A DNA stretch of 64,000 nucleotides from a virus. Its lineage: Duplodnaviria > Caudoviricetes. The position numbers were made by a program, and so were the translations under genes. The DNA lies in the IMG/VR virus record IMGVR_UViG_2974664081_000001, positions 1 through 64,000 of that record; one strand, 5' to 3'. This document shows, piece by piece, positions 24,954 through 35,355 of the stretch. Position 1 is the stretch's first letter. Each line of letters opens with the position of its first letter. The notes beneath the pieces were generated by a model, which was given only the letters and a program-made list of their open reading frames with translations, did not search any database and was not told the origin of the DNA.

Positions 24954-27371
24954 ATGCAAGTTTCTCAACAGGCCGACCAAATCACCCATGCGGTGGTTGG
25001 GCAGCAAGAATCCATTTCCATGGGGGTCAGTGACAGTGCAGCTCTGATGCACATCCTGTCCGCCACCCTGTACACCTACCCCAAGCTGGCAGCTATTCGT
25101 GAAGTAACCTGTAACGGCTGGGACGGCCACATCATGGTCGGCAAAACCGATGTGCCACTGGAGATCACCATCTCCGACACCGAGATCAAGGTGCAGGACT
25201 TCGGTCCGGGTATCCCTCATGCCAAGATCGGTGAGATCTATGGCGTGTACGGCAACTCGACCAAGCGTGACGATTCCACCCAGACAGGCGGTTTCGGGCT
25301 TGGTTCCAAGGCACCGTTTGCGGTGACCGACAACTTCCAAGTGATCTCGTGTCACGAAGGAATGAAGACCATTTACCGGGTCTCCAAGTCCTCGATGGAA
25401 GTCGGTGGTAAGCCCTCGATTAACAAAATCATGGACATGCCCACGGAAGAGTCGGGCATCACGGTCAGTTTCAACATCAAGGCCGGTGAGCAAGGGGAAT
25501 ACCTGAAGCTCATCAAAGAGGTGCTGTTGCTCGGAGGCATTCTGGCCCGAGTCAACAAGGCTGAACCCATGGAACCATTGCCACTGCTGGAGTCGCCCAC
25601 TGGCTTCATCATCAGCAGCGTCAATGGCACTTTGCTGAACCGGATCAACGTCCGCTATGGCAACGTGGTGTACCCAGTGCCCAGCCACACCGGCTTTGCG
25701 TCTGAGTGGAACATCGTCATGAGCCAGATGAATAAGCTCTGGCATGGGGCCAACATCATCTTCATGGCACCCCCGGACGGCGTTTCCATTGCGCCTAGCC
25801 GGGAAGCCCTGATCTTCACTGACCTGACGGTAGCGACTATCAAGGGTCTGTTGGCTCAGTTCACCGAAGATGACATCAAGGGCTGCGAAAAGACGGTCAA
25901 GCAGATCTCTCGGGAAATGCTCAACAAGACTGTGGACCGTCTGCCGCCCCCAGTGACGCCATATGAGCTGGACAAAGCTGTGTTCATCCCGGCTGACATG
26001 TATCCGAAAGGTGCTCGTCACGAGTCGGGGGCCTATGCTTACTCCATCAAGCGTGCCCGGATGGCATTTCTGATGCGAGACCTGAACCAGAACCAAGAGG
26101 GTGAACATGTTCGCCTCAAGCGGTTCAGGAAGGCCATTGAACAGCAAGCATTCATGGACATGAAGTTTGCCCGTGAACTGCTCAAGGCTTACATCCAGCA
26201 CCGTACCGACCGGCGAGCCAACCGGACCTACAGCCGGATGACGGCAATGGTCCACAAGTTCATCACGCTCCCGCTCTATCAGGCCATCGATGCCCATCCC
26301 AAGATGGCTCGTGAGCGTCTGTGGATCTCGCAAAACTACGCCAGCAATTTGATTCGCTTGAAAGACCGAACCTGCGGAGACTTCGATAATGCGATCTCTC
26401 ACCTGTTCAAACGGGTGTTGATCGTGCGTAGCAAATCGGCAGCCGAGGAATTCCTGAATAAGGAATACCGCAAGGAATACAACCGCCCAGATGGTTGGGT
26501 GGTGTATGTCTGCCATTCCCACCCAGACCGTATTACAGAAGCCAAACAGGTCTTCGACAAGCTGGATTACGAGGTTCACGGCTACAAGCTGGAAGTGGAA
26601 CCAAGGATCAAAAAGTCTGACGATCCTGATTGGGTTCCGGCTGAGCGTAAAGCATCGGTCAAACGTAAGGGCTACATGTCCCTGCGTGATGCCTACGATC
26701 CAGTGAAGGAAACCTTCCTGTTGTCCACGGCACGAGAAGTCAAGGAGCCAAGCAACCTCAAGGAACCTATGGCTTGGATCATGCTGCACAACAAAAGCCA
26801 CCACAAAGAAGGCCGCTGGACCGTAGGTTTCGGGGCTGAGCAGAGCAAAGCCATCAATAAACTCTGGGGCGACAAGATCGCTGTGGTAACTCCTGCTCAG
26901 GCAGAAGCCCTCAAGAAGAAAGGTATCGAAAACATGCAGACCTATGTCAACACTTTCGTAGATGACGCACTGTCAGCCAAACAAGACTACCGTCGCTATC
27001 TGGCATTTGGTCGTCATCTGCTTCGCTATGGTGGACGACCTCATAGTGAAGTCTGTGCCGTGATCTACAACATGCTCCCCCATGAAGAGCTGATGAAAGA
27101 GCTGGGCATCCGCTTTCACATCTCGGCGGAGACTCAGCTGCTGGTCAACTTCATGGATGGGTTGGACGAAGTGTCAGCCCCTAAGTGCCATGCCTTGATT
27201 CACAAGGTTAAAAAGTCCCCGAAAGTGGACGAGATCGGCATGAAGATCAAGAACTCCAAATGGCGAAAATTCCTCGACATGGACTTCTTGGCTCAGCAGT
27301 TGGATACCTCCAAAGCTGGGTCTGAAGAGCAAGAAATTGCCTTCTCCGTTGTTAAACACCTCCTGAAATAA
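24954..27371 (+). CDS. rIIA: rIIA-like protein
   Basis: GHKL/Hsp90-type N-terminus (AIREVTCNGWD, DFGPGI, GGFGLGSKAPF); precedes rIIB. Confidence 0.9.
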   Translation: MQVSQQADQITHAVVGQQESISMGVSDSAALMHILSATLYTYPKLAAIREVTCNGWDGHIMVGKTDVPLEITISDTEIKVQDFGPGIPHAKIGEIYGVYGNSTKRDDSTQTGGFGLGSKAPFAVTDNFQVISCHEGMKTIYRVSKSSMEVGGKPSINKIMDMPTEESGITVSFNIKAGEQGEYLKLIKEVLLLGGILARVNKAEPMEPLPLLESPTGFIISSVNGTLLNRINVRYGNVVYPVPSHTGFASEWNIVMSQMNKLWHGANIIFMAPPDGVSIAPSREALIFTDLTVATIKGLLAQFTEDDIKGCEKTVKQISREMLNKTVDRLPPPVTPYELDKAVFIPADMYPKGARHESGAYAYSIKRARMAFLMRDLNQNQEGEHVRLKRFRKAIEQQAFMDMKFARELLKAYIQHRTDRRANRTYSRMTAMVHKFITLPLYQAIDAHPKMARERLWISQNYASNLIRLKDRTCGDFDNAISHLFKRVLIVRSKSAAEEFLNKEYRKEYNRPDGWVVYVCHSHPDRITEAKQVFDKLDYEVHGYKLEVEPRIKKSDDPDWVPAERKASVKRKGYMSLRDAYDPVKETFLLSTAREVKEPSNLKEPMAWIMLHNKSHHKEGRWTVGFGAEQSKAINKLWGDKIAVVTPAQAEALKKKGIENMQTYVNTFVDDALSAKQDYRRYLAFGRHLLRYGGRPHSEVCAVIYNMLPHEELMKELGIRFHISAETQLLVNFMDGLDEVSAPKCHALIHKVKKSPKVDEIGMKIKNSKWRKFLDMDFLAQQLDTSKAGSEEQEIAFSVVKHLLK

Positions 27372-27384
27372 ACTGAGGCCATTC

Positions 27385-29082
27385 ATGGACAAAGTAATCC
27401 GTGTAGTCGCGGCTGTATTGGATACGGGCCGACTCATCATGTACAAGCAGGACGGCGAGACCATCGACGTTCTGCAAGGGGATCCCCGCATCCGCAAGTT
27501 GACCGATAAGGTCTTCCCGGACATCGAACGGCAGAAATTCTCGGACCTGACCGAAGAAGACCTGTCCAACCCATCCGAGAACTACAGCCATTACGCCGAG
27601 ACTGAAGCCCAGCTCGGTGGCATGGTGAAGTTCTTCCGCATGCTCAAGACCGAGGCCGAAAAGGTCTTAGCCCTGTTCGTAGAGGAAGGCTTCGATCAGG
27701 TTCGTCAGGTCGGCGTCATTCCCGATGTCGGGAACCAAGAGAAAGACGATGAAGTCGAGGAAGGAACTACCCAACCTCAGACCAAAAGCCAAGCTGCTGT
27801 GGCCCAGATCATGGCCCAAGCTGCTCCAGCTTCTTCGCCTGAATTCCAGCAGATGTCCAAGGATCAGGCCGAGGAAACCACGGTTGTGGCTGTGGTTGAC
27901 GATGGCACTTGCATTCCAGGCATCGAGCAAATCGATATCCAGCTGCGTGGCTTGGCCGCCAAACTGGGCTCGCCTGAAGGCATCGCCAACTTCTTCCGTC
28001 GTGTCACCTCGGTGAAGCGTGCTCACACCGTGCAGGACCTCCTGAAGTTCATGGAGCGGGGTGAGCTGCCCATTGCCGATGACGGTTCGGTGCTGGTGTA
28101 CAAACGCTTGAAAAGCACCGATGAAGCAGGCGTATTCGTGGACTGCCATACCCGCTCGGTGAAGCAGCGAGTGGGTTCATGGGTGTTCATGGACGACCGT
28201 CTGGTCGATCCGAACCGTAACAACGAGTGCTCCAACGGTCTGCATGTGGCTCGCCGGGATTACCTGTCGAGCTTCAGTGGTGACGTGACTGTATTGGCCA
28301 AGTTGGCTCCAGAAGACGTGATCGCTGTACCTCACGGTGATGCCCGTAAACTGCGTGCCCGTGGCTACCACATCATCGCCCAGCTGAGCTACGACGATGC
28401 CCGTGCAGTCAACAGCAACAAGCCCATGTCTGACTCGGTACTGCTGGGCAATGCTGCTGCGGGTAACCACATCGGGATCGTGGAGCATGTGCAAATTCTC
28501 GACCAGAACCGCACCGACAACAGCGTCAAGTACACCAAGATCAACGCTGACGATCCAGTGGAGCTAAACTCGGCTCTGCAATCCCAGTCGCTGGAATCGG
28601 TAGACAAAGACGCCCCGGTGCATGTGGATGCAGCTGTTGTCGCCACCAAGAAGACCACCGAGAAAGCTCCAGTCAAGAAGGCTCAGATCAAACGTCCAGT
28701 GGAAGTGTTGGTCGAAGCCTTCCAGAAAGCCAAGAGCGACAAGGCCAAACGAGCTGCGGCCAGCAACCTGATGGTATTCAAAAAGAATGCCAAGAAAGGT
28801 TGGGACAAGCTGGGCGTTTCGGCTGAAATTGCTGCTCAAGTGACCGAGTTGGTTCCCGTGGCTGAACCTGCCAAGCCAGTTAAGGAAGCCAAGCCTGAGC
28901 CAGTGATCCCAGCAACGGGCACCCCAAAAGAGCGCATCGCTGCCGGTCTGGGCCACAAGCCCCTGACCCGTCAACTGGCCTTGGACATCCTTCAGATCAA
29001 GAAGGCATCCAAGAAAGGCTGGTCTGCTCTGGGCGTAACCCAAGCCCAAGAGAAGGAAATCCTGAAGCTGGCCAGCAAGTAG
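27385..29082 (+). CDS. rIIB: rIIB-like protein
   Basis: LPIADDGSVLVYK, VDPNRNNECSNGLHV, PEDVIAVP..D..KLR. Confidence 0.9.
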   Translation: MDKVIRVVAAVLDTGRLIMYKQDGETIDVLQGDPRIRKLTDKVFPDIERQKFSDLTEEDLSNPSENYSHYAETEAQLGGMVKFFRMLKTEAEKVLALFVEEGFDQVRQVGVIPDVGNQEKDDEVEEGTTQPQTKSQAAVAQIMAQAAPASSPEFQQMSKDQAEETTVVAVVDDGTCIPGIEQIDIQLRGLAAKLGSPEGIANFFRRVTSVKRAHTVQDLLKFMERGELPIADDGSVLVYKRLKSTDEAGVFVDCHTRSVKQRVGSWVFMDDRLVDPNRNNECSNGLHVARRDYLSSFSGDVTVLAKLAPEDVIAVPHGDARKLRARGYHIIAQLSYDDARAVNSNKPMSDSVLLGNAAAGNHIGIVEHVQILDQNRTDNSVKYTKINADDPVELNSALQSQSLESVDKDAPVHVDAAVVATKKTTEKAPVKKAQIKRPVEVLVEAFQKAKSDKAKRAAASNLMVFKKNAKKGWDKLGVSAEIAAQVTELVPVAEPAKPVKEAKPEPVIPATGTPKERIAAGLGHKPLTRQLALDILQIKKASKKGWSALGVTQAQEKEILKLASK

Positions 29083-29101
29083 TCGGGTTGCTTCACCAAT
29101 T

Positions 29102-29134
29102 TGCCTCTAGTCATATAGACTAGAGGCATCTTTT
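29102..29134 (+). terminator. Stem-loop / probable terminator after rIIB
   Basis: TGCCTCTAGTC-ATATA-GACTAGAGGCA then TCTTTT. Confidence 0.75.
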
Positions 29135-29149
29135 ATTGAGGATAAGCCC

Positions 29150-29467
29150 ATGTCTTCCGCAATCCGAGTCAATCGCAAAGGCAGCGATGACGATATCATC
29201 CGTCTCAATAGCGTTGGCTTGTCGTTACGGACGATTGCCAAGCTGCTGGATTGTCATCCGACTTCAGTGACGCTTCGTCTTCGTCGTCTGGGTGTTCCGC
29301 CTGCGGATACCCGTCGGACTTTCATGGAAGACATTTTTAAAACCCTCAGCCCAGACCAACAAGAATGGTTGGCTGATCACATCCAAAACGGGAACAACAT
29401 CAAGGACTATGTTCGTGAGTTGCTCGTAGAGGATTACCAACGACAGAACCCCGGAGCACCTGTATGA
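29150..29467 (+). CDS. HTH DNA-binding protein
   Basis: GLSLRTIAKLLDCHPTSVTLRLRRLG. Confidence 0.75.
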   Translation: MSSAIRVNRKGSDDDIIRLNSVGLSLRTIAKLLDCHPTSVTLRLRRLGVPPADTRRTFMEDIFKTLSPDQQEWLADHIQNGNNIKDYVRELLVEDYQRQNPGAPV

Positions 29468-29922
29468 CTCAATGCGCCATTACCCGTACCCAAGACTGGT
29501 TTGCTACTGCTCGTCCGAATCCTTCCAAAAAGGATTTCAGTACCCAACTTGGTGTACACATGGAAGAAGTGGCAGAAATGCTGAAAGCCCTGAAAGGCAA
29601 CAGCCACGCTGCTGAAGTGCTGCTGGAACTGGCCGTCGATCATATTGAGAACTTGGCCACCCATCTGAAAGAAGATGAGAACTTGGTCGAGGTCAACGAT
29701 CCAGTGGAAATGCTGGATGGTCTGATCGACCAACAGGTTACTTCGACCGGTGTGGGTTATTGCTTGGGCTATGACATGCCAGCTGCCCTGCGAGAGGTCA
29801 ATGCTTCGAACTACTCCAAGTTCGATGACAATGGCCAGCCCATCTACAACGAGAACAAAAAGGTCATGAAAGGGCCGAACTACTTTAAGCCCGACCTTGC
29901 CCAATACCTGCCCGTCGAGTAA
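29464..29922 (+). CDS. MazG-like NTP pyrophosphohydrolase
   Basis: EEVAE, EMLDGLIDQ, EVNASNYSK, KVMKGPNYFKPDL. Confidence 0.85.
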   Translation: MTQCAITRTQDWFATARPNPSKKDFSTQLGVHMEEVAEMLKALKGNSHAAEVLLELAVDHIENLATHLKEDENLVEVNDPVEMLDGLIDQQVTSTGVGYCLGYDMPAALREVNASNYSKFDDNGQPIYNENKKVMKGPNYFKPDLAQYLPVE

Positions 29923-29937
29923 CTGAATCGACATCTA

Positions 29938-29964
29938 GAAACCCCCGGACCACCGGGGGTTTTT
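29938..29964 (+). terminator. Rho-independent terminator
   Basis: AAACCCCCGG-ACCA-CCGGGGGTTTTT. Confidence 0.85.
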
Positions 29965-29983
29965 CGTAACAGGAGAATCCCCA

Positions 29984-31291
29984 GTGGAATTAGCCAATAA
30001 ACAGCTACCGCTGAACCAAGACCAAGAAGTTGCAGCTAAGGGCTTCTTCGAGTTTCTGTTCAGTGATGAAAAAGAAATGCGCATCAGTGGTCCCGGTGGG
30101 GTCGGTAAGACCTTCCTCATGGGCCACATGATCGACACCCTGATGCAACAGTACTTCGATTCTTGCCGTCTGGCCGGGATCGAACCGGAGTACTGGGACG
30201 TGTACATGACGGCTACCACCAACAAGGCGGCTGAAGTGCTGGGCCTGAATACCGGGCGCCCAGCCAGTACCGTTCACAGCTTCCTTGGCCTCAAGGTCAA
30301 GGACGATTACAGCACCGGCAAATCGACCATCGAGAAGACCGGTGCATGGCGTGTTCACGAAAAAATTATTCTCTTCGTGGACGAGGCTTCTATGGTAGAC
30401 CGCACCTTGCTGGCTGCCATCCGAGAAGGCACCTGCAAGTCGAAGATCGTCTATGTCGGTGACCGGAGCCAATTGGCTCCCGTGCATGAAACCGTGTCTC
30501 AGGTATACACGGACAAGATGCCTGCCTTCGAGCTGCTCAAGCCAATGCGCAATGCCGGGCAGCCTGCCCTACAAGCTATCTGTGCCCAGTTCCGCCAAAC
30601 TGTGGACGATCACATCTTCCGCCCGATCCAGTTGGTTCCCGGTGTGATCGACCATCTGGACGATGCCCAGATGGAAGCCGAGATCACCCAGAACTTTGTG
30701 GACCCCAACTTCGACGGTCGGATTCTGACCTACACGAATAAGCGGGCCATCATGTACAACCAGTTCATCCGAGAGATCCGTGGGCTGCCAGAGCAGTTCC
30801 AAGAAGGTGAACGGCTGGTCAACAACACTGCCATTCGACTGGGCCGCACCCAACTTTCAGTGGAGGATGAGGTGCAGATTGTTGAACTGGCTGCCACTGT
30901 GGCCAAGCATGAGATCCAAGAGGATGTCTACTTGGAAGTCCGTTACGCCACCTTGGAAAACAAGTACGGCGACCGGATGTACGGTGTGATGCTGCCGGTA
31001 GATCGGGACCATTATGATCGACTGGTGAAGTACTACCAGAAGACCAAAAACTGGAACCGCTACTACTACCTCAAGAACAACTTCCCCGACTTGCGTCAGC
31101 GGGATGCCTGCACCAGTTACAAAGCGCAGGGCAGCACCATGCACACGGCTTACATCGACCTGACCGATTTCAGCACCTGCAAGAACCCGGCTCAGGCTGC
31201 TCGACTGGCCTATGTCAACGTGTCCCGACCAACCACCCGCATCGTTTTCTATGGTGAGTTGGCTCCCCGCTTTGGAGAGCTAGTCAGATAG
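29984..31291 (+). CDS. Dda/RecD-like SF1 DNA helicase
   Basis: GPGGVGKT, VDEASM, GDRSQLAPV, TSYKAQGST, YVNVSR. Confidence 0.9.
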   Translation: MELANKQLPLNQDQEVAAKGFFEFLFSDEKEMRISGPGGVGKTFLMGHMIDTLMQQYFDSCRLAGIEPEYWDVYMTATTNKAAEVLGLNTGRPASTVHSFLGLKVKDDYSTGKSTIEKTGAWRVHEKIILFVDEASMVDRTLLAAIREGTCKSKIVYVGDRSQLAPVHETVSQVYTDKMPAFELLKPMRNAGQPALQAICAQFRQTVDDHIFRPIQLVPGVIDHLDDAQMEAEITQNFVDPNFDGRILTYTNKRAIMYNQFIREIRGLPEQFQEGERLVNNTAIRLGRTQLSVEDEVQIVELAATVAKHEIQEDVYLEVRYATLENKYGDRMYGVMLPVDRDHYDRLVKYYQKTKNWNRYYYLKNNFPDLRQRDACTSYKAQGSTMHTAYIDLTDFSTCKNPAQAARLAYVNVSRPTTRIVFYGELAPRFGELVR

Positions 31292-31301
31292 GAGATGATT
31301 C

Positions 31302-31805
31302 ATGGCCGTTGCAAATCTTCACAAATTCCTGGATGCACTGGTCAACAAGCTATTCACCGCTGAAGAGCGTCGCCTCGACAAGATCGTGGAGACGCTCGAC
31401 CGGCGTAATAGAGAGATCGGAGGCCATAAGCCACAGGGTTTCCTGCTGCAAGGCAAGCTGTATCAACCCAAGAGTGCCACTCTTATTGCCACAATTGGAG
31501 TCAAGCCACTGGCTTACGAGTTGACGGATGATGGCAACAAGTTCCTGAAAGATCGCAACCAGATTGATCAAGATCGCCAAGCTATCAAACAGATTCTATA
31601 TAAGTTGGTGGAACCGTGCCAGAATGCACAGGAGATTCGAGACACCCTTCCAGAGTGTCTAGTCTCTCTCGTACCAGAACTGTCCAAGATGGAACGACGA
31701 TTCGCTAAAGGATTCTTCGCTCCAAAGGACGACCGATTCGTTCGGCAGTACGAAGCCATCTTGCCCAAGATCGAGATGTACTCAGTTTCTTGCTTGCTGT
31801 ACTAG
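31302..31805 (+). CDS. Hypothetical protein (N4 gp38-like position)
   Basis: 167 aa, AGGAG RBS, between helicase and polymerase. Confidence 0.75.
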   Translation: MAVANLHKFLDALVNKLFTAEERRLDKIVETLDRRNREIGGHKPQGFLLQGKLYQPKSATLIATIGVKPLAYELTDDGNKFLKDRNQIDQDRQAIKQILYKLVEPCQNAQEIRDTLPECLVSLVPELSKMERRFAKGFFAPKDDRFVRQYEAILPKIEMYSVSCLLY

Positions 31806-31815
31806 GGGAGTCCAC

Positions 31816-34497
31816 ATGTACCATTTGTTCTACTCCGATGAGGAGCGGGATAGCTATCCCGTTGTCTTCCTTGTCAAACAGATCCGCAAGGATGAGATCC
31901 GCAAAGCCTACATCGACCCACACGGCATTGATCCCAATGAAGTGCTGGTCATGACCCTTCACTACTCCCGAGACAAGAAGAAGACCCCCGTCAATGAAAT
32001 GCGGGCCTATATGGATGAGGTCATCTACCCGGTATTGGCCCAAGCCAAGACCGAGTTTCTGCTGGTCTCGGATGTGGACTACTTCAAGGCCATTACCAAG
32101 CTGCCCAAGGCTGAACCTTATCTGGGCTATGCCATTGATTCCGAGCATGGCAGCTTCAAGGTGATGTATGTGCCCAATTACCAGCAGGTTTTCTTCAATC
32201 CTATGAAGGTAACAGCGGGCATCAAGCAAGCCATGGACGCCTTGAAGAACACTCGCAAGGGTACTTACGAGGATCCGGGCGCCAGCATCATCCACTTTGC
32301 TGAGTATCCTCGAACCACAGAGGATATCCGTGCATGGTTGGTCAAGTTGCTGGAGATGGACTGCCCATTGACGGTGGACATTGAAGGTTTTGACCTGAAG
32401 CACAACAAGGCAGGCATAGGTTCCATCTGTTTCTCATGGAACAAGCATGAAGGCATTGCCTTCCCAGTGGACTGTCAGGAGATCCAAGGGGCTACACAAG
32501 CTCCGTTCCTGCGTAACGTACCCAACCTTGAGGTTCGGGCCTTGCTCAAGGAGTTCTTCATTGAACTGAGCAAGAAGGCGATCTATCACAACATCGCCTT
32601 TGACGTGTATGTGCTGATCTACCAGCTGTTCATGAAGGACATTCTGGACACTGAAGGCCTGCTTGAAGGGCTTGAAGTGATGCTCAAGAACTGGGACTGC
32701 ACCAAGCTGATCACCTATCTGGCGACCAACAGCTGTGCAGGCAACAAGCTGGGCCTGAAAGACCAAGCTCAAGAATTCTCCGGCAACTATGCCGTGGAAG
32801 AGATCAAGGACATCACCCGAATCCCGATGGATAAGCTGCTCCAGTACAACCTTGTAGACGGTCTGTCCACTTGGTTCGTGCATGAGAAGCACTATGGCAC
32901 CATGGTGCGCGACCAGCAGCTGGACTTCTACAACAACATCTTCCAGCCAGCCACCATGGATGTGATCCAGATGCAGTTGACCGGGATGCCGGTTTACATG
33001 CCTCGGGTGTTGGAGGTTGAGCAAATTCTGCTCAAGGACAAAGCTTCGGCTGTGTCCCGGCTGGACATGAACCCCTTGGTTCAGAAGTACCAGTACGAGC
33101 GGATCGAGTGGTGGATCACCACAAAGAACGCCAAGCTCAAGAAAAAGCAAGTCACCATCTCCGATGCCCATGAGGAGATGAAAAAGAAAAAGTCGATTGT
33201 TCGGTTCAACCCGAATTCGTCTCCACAGGTCCAAGAACTGCTGTATGAGAAGCTTGGCCTGCCGGTAATCAGCCTGACGGATTCCAAGCAGCCTTCCGTG
33301 GATGCGGATACCCTCAAGGCACTGAAAAACCACACCGCTGACCCAGTGGTAAAAGACCTGCTCGAAGCCCTGCTGGACTTCGCCAGTGTCGTGACCATCC
33401 TCCAGACCTTCATGCCTGCCCTCAAGGCGGCCAGTCAGGGACCGGATGGCTGGTGGTATCTGTTCGGCAACTTCAACCTTGGGGGTACGGTTTCTGGGCG
33501 TTTGTCCAGTTCCAAACCGAACCTTCAGAACCTCCCAGCCAACTCCAAGTACGCCAAGCTGATCAAGTCGTGCTTCATTGGACCGCCTGGCTGGCTGTTC
33601 ATGGGGCTGGACTTTGCGTCTCTGGAGGACCGGATTTCGGCTCTGACCACCAAGGATCCAAACAAGCTCAAGGTGTACACCGACGGCTACGACGGTCACA
33701 GCCTGCGGACTTTCGCGTACTTCCCGGACCGTTGCATCGGCATCATCGACACGGTGGAGTCGATCAACACCATTCAGGATCTCTACCCGGATATTCGCTA
33801 CGAGTCCAAAGCGCCGACTTTTGCCCTGACCTACCAAGGCACCTACAAGACCCTGATGACCAACTGCGGTTTCTCTGAGACCAAAGCCAAGGGCGTTGAG
33901 GCCGCTTACCACGAGCTTTACCACGTCTCCGACGAGTGGGTTCAAGGTAAGTTGGACGAAGCCAGCAAGGTTGGGTACATTACTGCCGCCTTCGGGCTGC
34001 GGGTTCGTACCCCGCTTCTTCATCAGGTTATTCGTGGGGTCAGCAAGACGCCATTCCAAGCAGAAGCTGAGGGGCGCACTGCTGGTAACGCCTTGGGTCA
34101 AAGCTGGTGCCTGCTCAATTCCCGAGCCGGTTCCGAGTTCATGGCCAAGGTCAGAAAAAGTGAACACCGTCTGGATATCCGGCCTTGTGCCCAGATCCAC
34201 GACGCTCAATATTTCCTTGTCAGAGACGACATCAAGACCGTGATGTACTGCAATGAGCATCTGGTCAAAGCCGTCTATTGGCAGGATCACCCAGACATCT
34301 GGCATGACGAGGTAAAACTCGGCGGCGAGCTGTCACTGTTCTACCCCGACTGGAGCAAGGAGGCTGTCATTCCCAACCATGCCACCGAAGAGCAGATAGG
34401 CGATGTCATCGCTGATCACGTTGCTCGGCTGGAGGCTGGCTGGCCAAAAGTATGGCCCCCCAAACCAGATCCAATACCATCAGGAGAGAACCAATGA
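31816..34497 (+). CDS. Family A DNA polymerase
   Basis: Exo I VDIEG, exo II HNIAFD, GRLSSSKPNLQN, motif A DFASLEDR, motif B RYESKAPTFALTYQG, motif C QIHD. Confidence 0.95.
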   Translation: MYHLFYSDEERDSYPVVFLVKQIRKDEIRKAYIDPHGIDPNEVLVMTLHYSRDKKKTPVNEMRAYMDEVIYPVLAQAKTEFLLVSDVDYFKAITKLPKAEPYLGYAIDSEHGSFKVMYVPNYQQVFFNPMKVTAGIKQAMDALKNTRKGTYEDPGASIIHFAEYPRTTEDIRAWLVKLLEMDCPLTVDIEGFDLKHNKAGIGSICFSWNKHEGIAFPVDCQEIQGATQAPFLRNVPNLEVRALLKEFFIELSKKAIYHNIAFDVYVLIYQLFMKDILDTEGLLEGLEVMLKNWDCTKLITYLATNSCAGNKLGLKDQAQEFSGNYAVEEIKDITRIPMDKLLQYNLVDGLSTWFVHEKHYGTMVRDQQLDFYNNIFQPATMDVIQMQLTGMPVYMPRVLEVEQILLKDKASAVSRLDMNPLVQKYQYERIEWWITTKNAKLKKKQVTISDAHEEMKKKKSIVRFNPNSSPQVQELLYEKLGLPVISLTDSKQPSVDADTLKALKNHTADPVVKDLLEALLDFASVVTILQTFMPALKAASQGPDGWWYLFGNFNLGGTVSGRLSSSKPNLQNLPANSKYAKLIKSCFIGPPGWLFMGLDFASLEDRISALTTKDPNKLKVYTDGYDGHSLRTFAYFPDRCIGIIDTVESINTIQDLYPDIRYESKAPTFALTYQGTYKTLMTNCGFSETKAKGVEAAYHELYHVSDEWVQGKLDEASKVGYITAAFGLRVRTPLLHQVIRGVSKTPFQAEAEGRTAGNALGQSWCLLNSRAGSEFMAKVRKSEHRLDIRPCAQIHDAQYFLVRDDIKTVMYCNEHLVKAVYWQDHPDIWHDEVKLGGELSLFYPDWSKEAVIPNHATEEQIGDVIADHVARLEAGWPKVWPPKPDPIPSGENQ

Positions 34498-34832
34498 AAT
34501 CCCCAATAGCCCCACCACCAACCCCAGAGTACGCCACCTTCTGGTCGGCCTCGGTCAGTCTGGTATTCGTGCGAGCCGATACCCCGGAGCAACCTATCCC
34601 AGACAGCATCAACGCCCTGCACATCACCCGTGAGCCGTTCCTGACCAAGGCCGATCTGGAAGCCATTCAGGTGCATTGCCAGAAGCAGCTGCATGCCAAG
34701 GCCCAGGATGTGGAGATCCATGTGCTGGAACTGCACATCAACGCCATCAGCAACCTCGGTCGTATGACCAAGGAGCAGTTCTTCGGCCCGGCTGTGAAAG
34801 CCGACGTGCCAGCTCCGAGCACCAAGCAATGA
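34494..34832 (+). CDS. Hypothetical protein
   Basis: ATGA overlap, AGGAG RBS. Confidence 0.7.
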   Translation: MKSPIAPPPTPEYATFWSASVSLVFVRADTPEQPIPDSINALHITREPFLTKADLEAIQVHCQKQLHAKAQDVEIHVLELHINAISNLGRMTKEQFFGPAVKADVPAPSTKQ

Positions 34833-35317
34833 GTGAAGGTAAGGCCCTGACTGGGGGCTTCACCAATTACTACTTGGTCAAGGTCGAGCATCCCCAACGG
34901 GAGGAGCAACTGCCTTATCAGGCCGAGTGTGAAGACATCATCCGTGCCCTCAAAATGTCCTTCGACGAAGCCTGCGAGTTCAAGGCCATCTGGCGTACTG
35001 CTGCTGCCCGGTTAGGTAATGGCAAACCGGGGCAGAAAGCCCTGTACGACTGCGAGAAGCGAGTGCATTACGCTCAAGCTTCCCTCCGTCAGGAGCAGAT
35101 CGCTCAGGGCTTGCAACCAAAACCTACCCCCAAACGTATGGTTTGGTATGCCCATATTGGGCAGCAAATGCCTGCCGGTCTCGACCCCAGTGACATGGTA
35201 TCTGTCGAACTGCGTTCCGGTGATGTGCTGGAAGCCAAACAAGCACGCGGTTGGGAATGGAAGGATGACGGCACGGCTGCTGCCATCGTCAAGTTCTGCT
35301 TGGTCCGAAAAGCCTGA
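34829..35317 (+). CDS. DUF3310-like protein with extra C-terminal domain
   Basis: ECEDIIRAL.M.F.....FKAIWR...YD.EK..HY pattern. Confidence 0.6.
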   Translation: MSEGKALTGGFTNYYLVKVEHPQREEQLPYQAECEDIIRALKMSFDEACEFKAIWRTAAARLGNGKPGQKALYDCEKRVHYAQASLRQEQIAQGLQPKPTPKRMVWYAHIGQQMPAGLDPSDMVSVELRSGDVLEAKQARGWEWKDDGTAAAIVKFCLVRKA

Positions 35318-35355
35318 ACCAAGGGGGCTACGGCCTCCTTATCACGGAGCACCTG

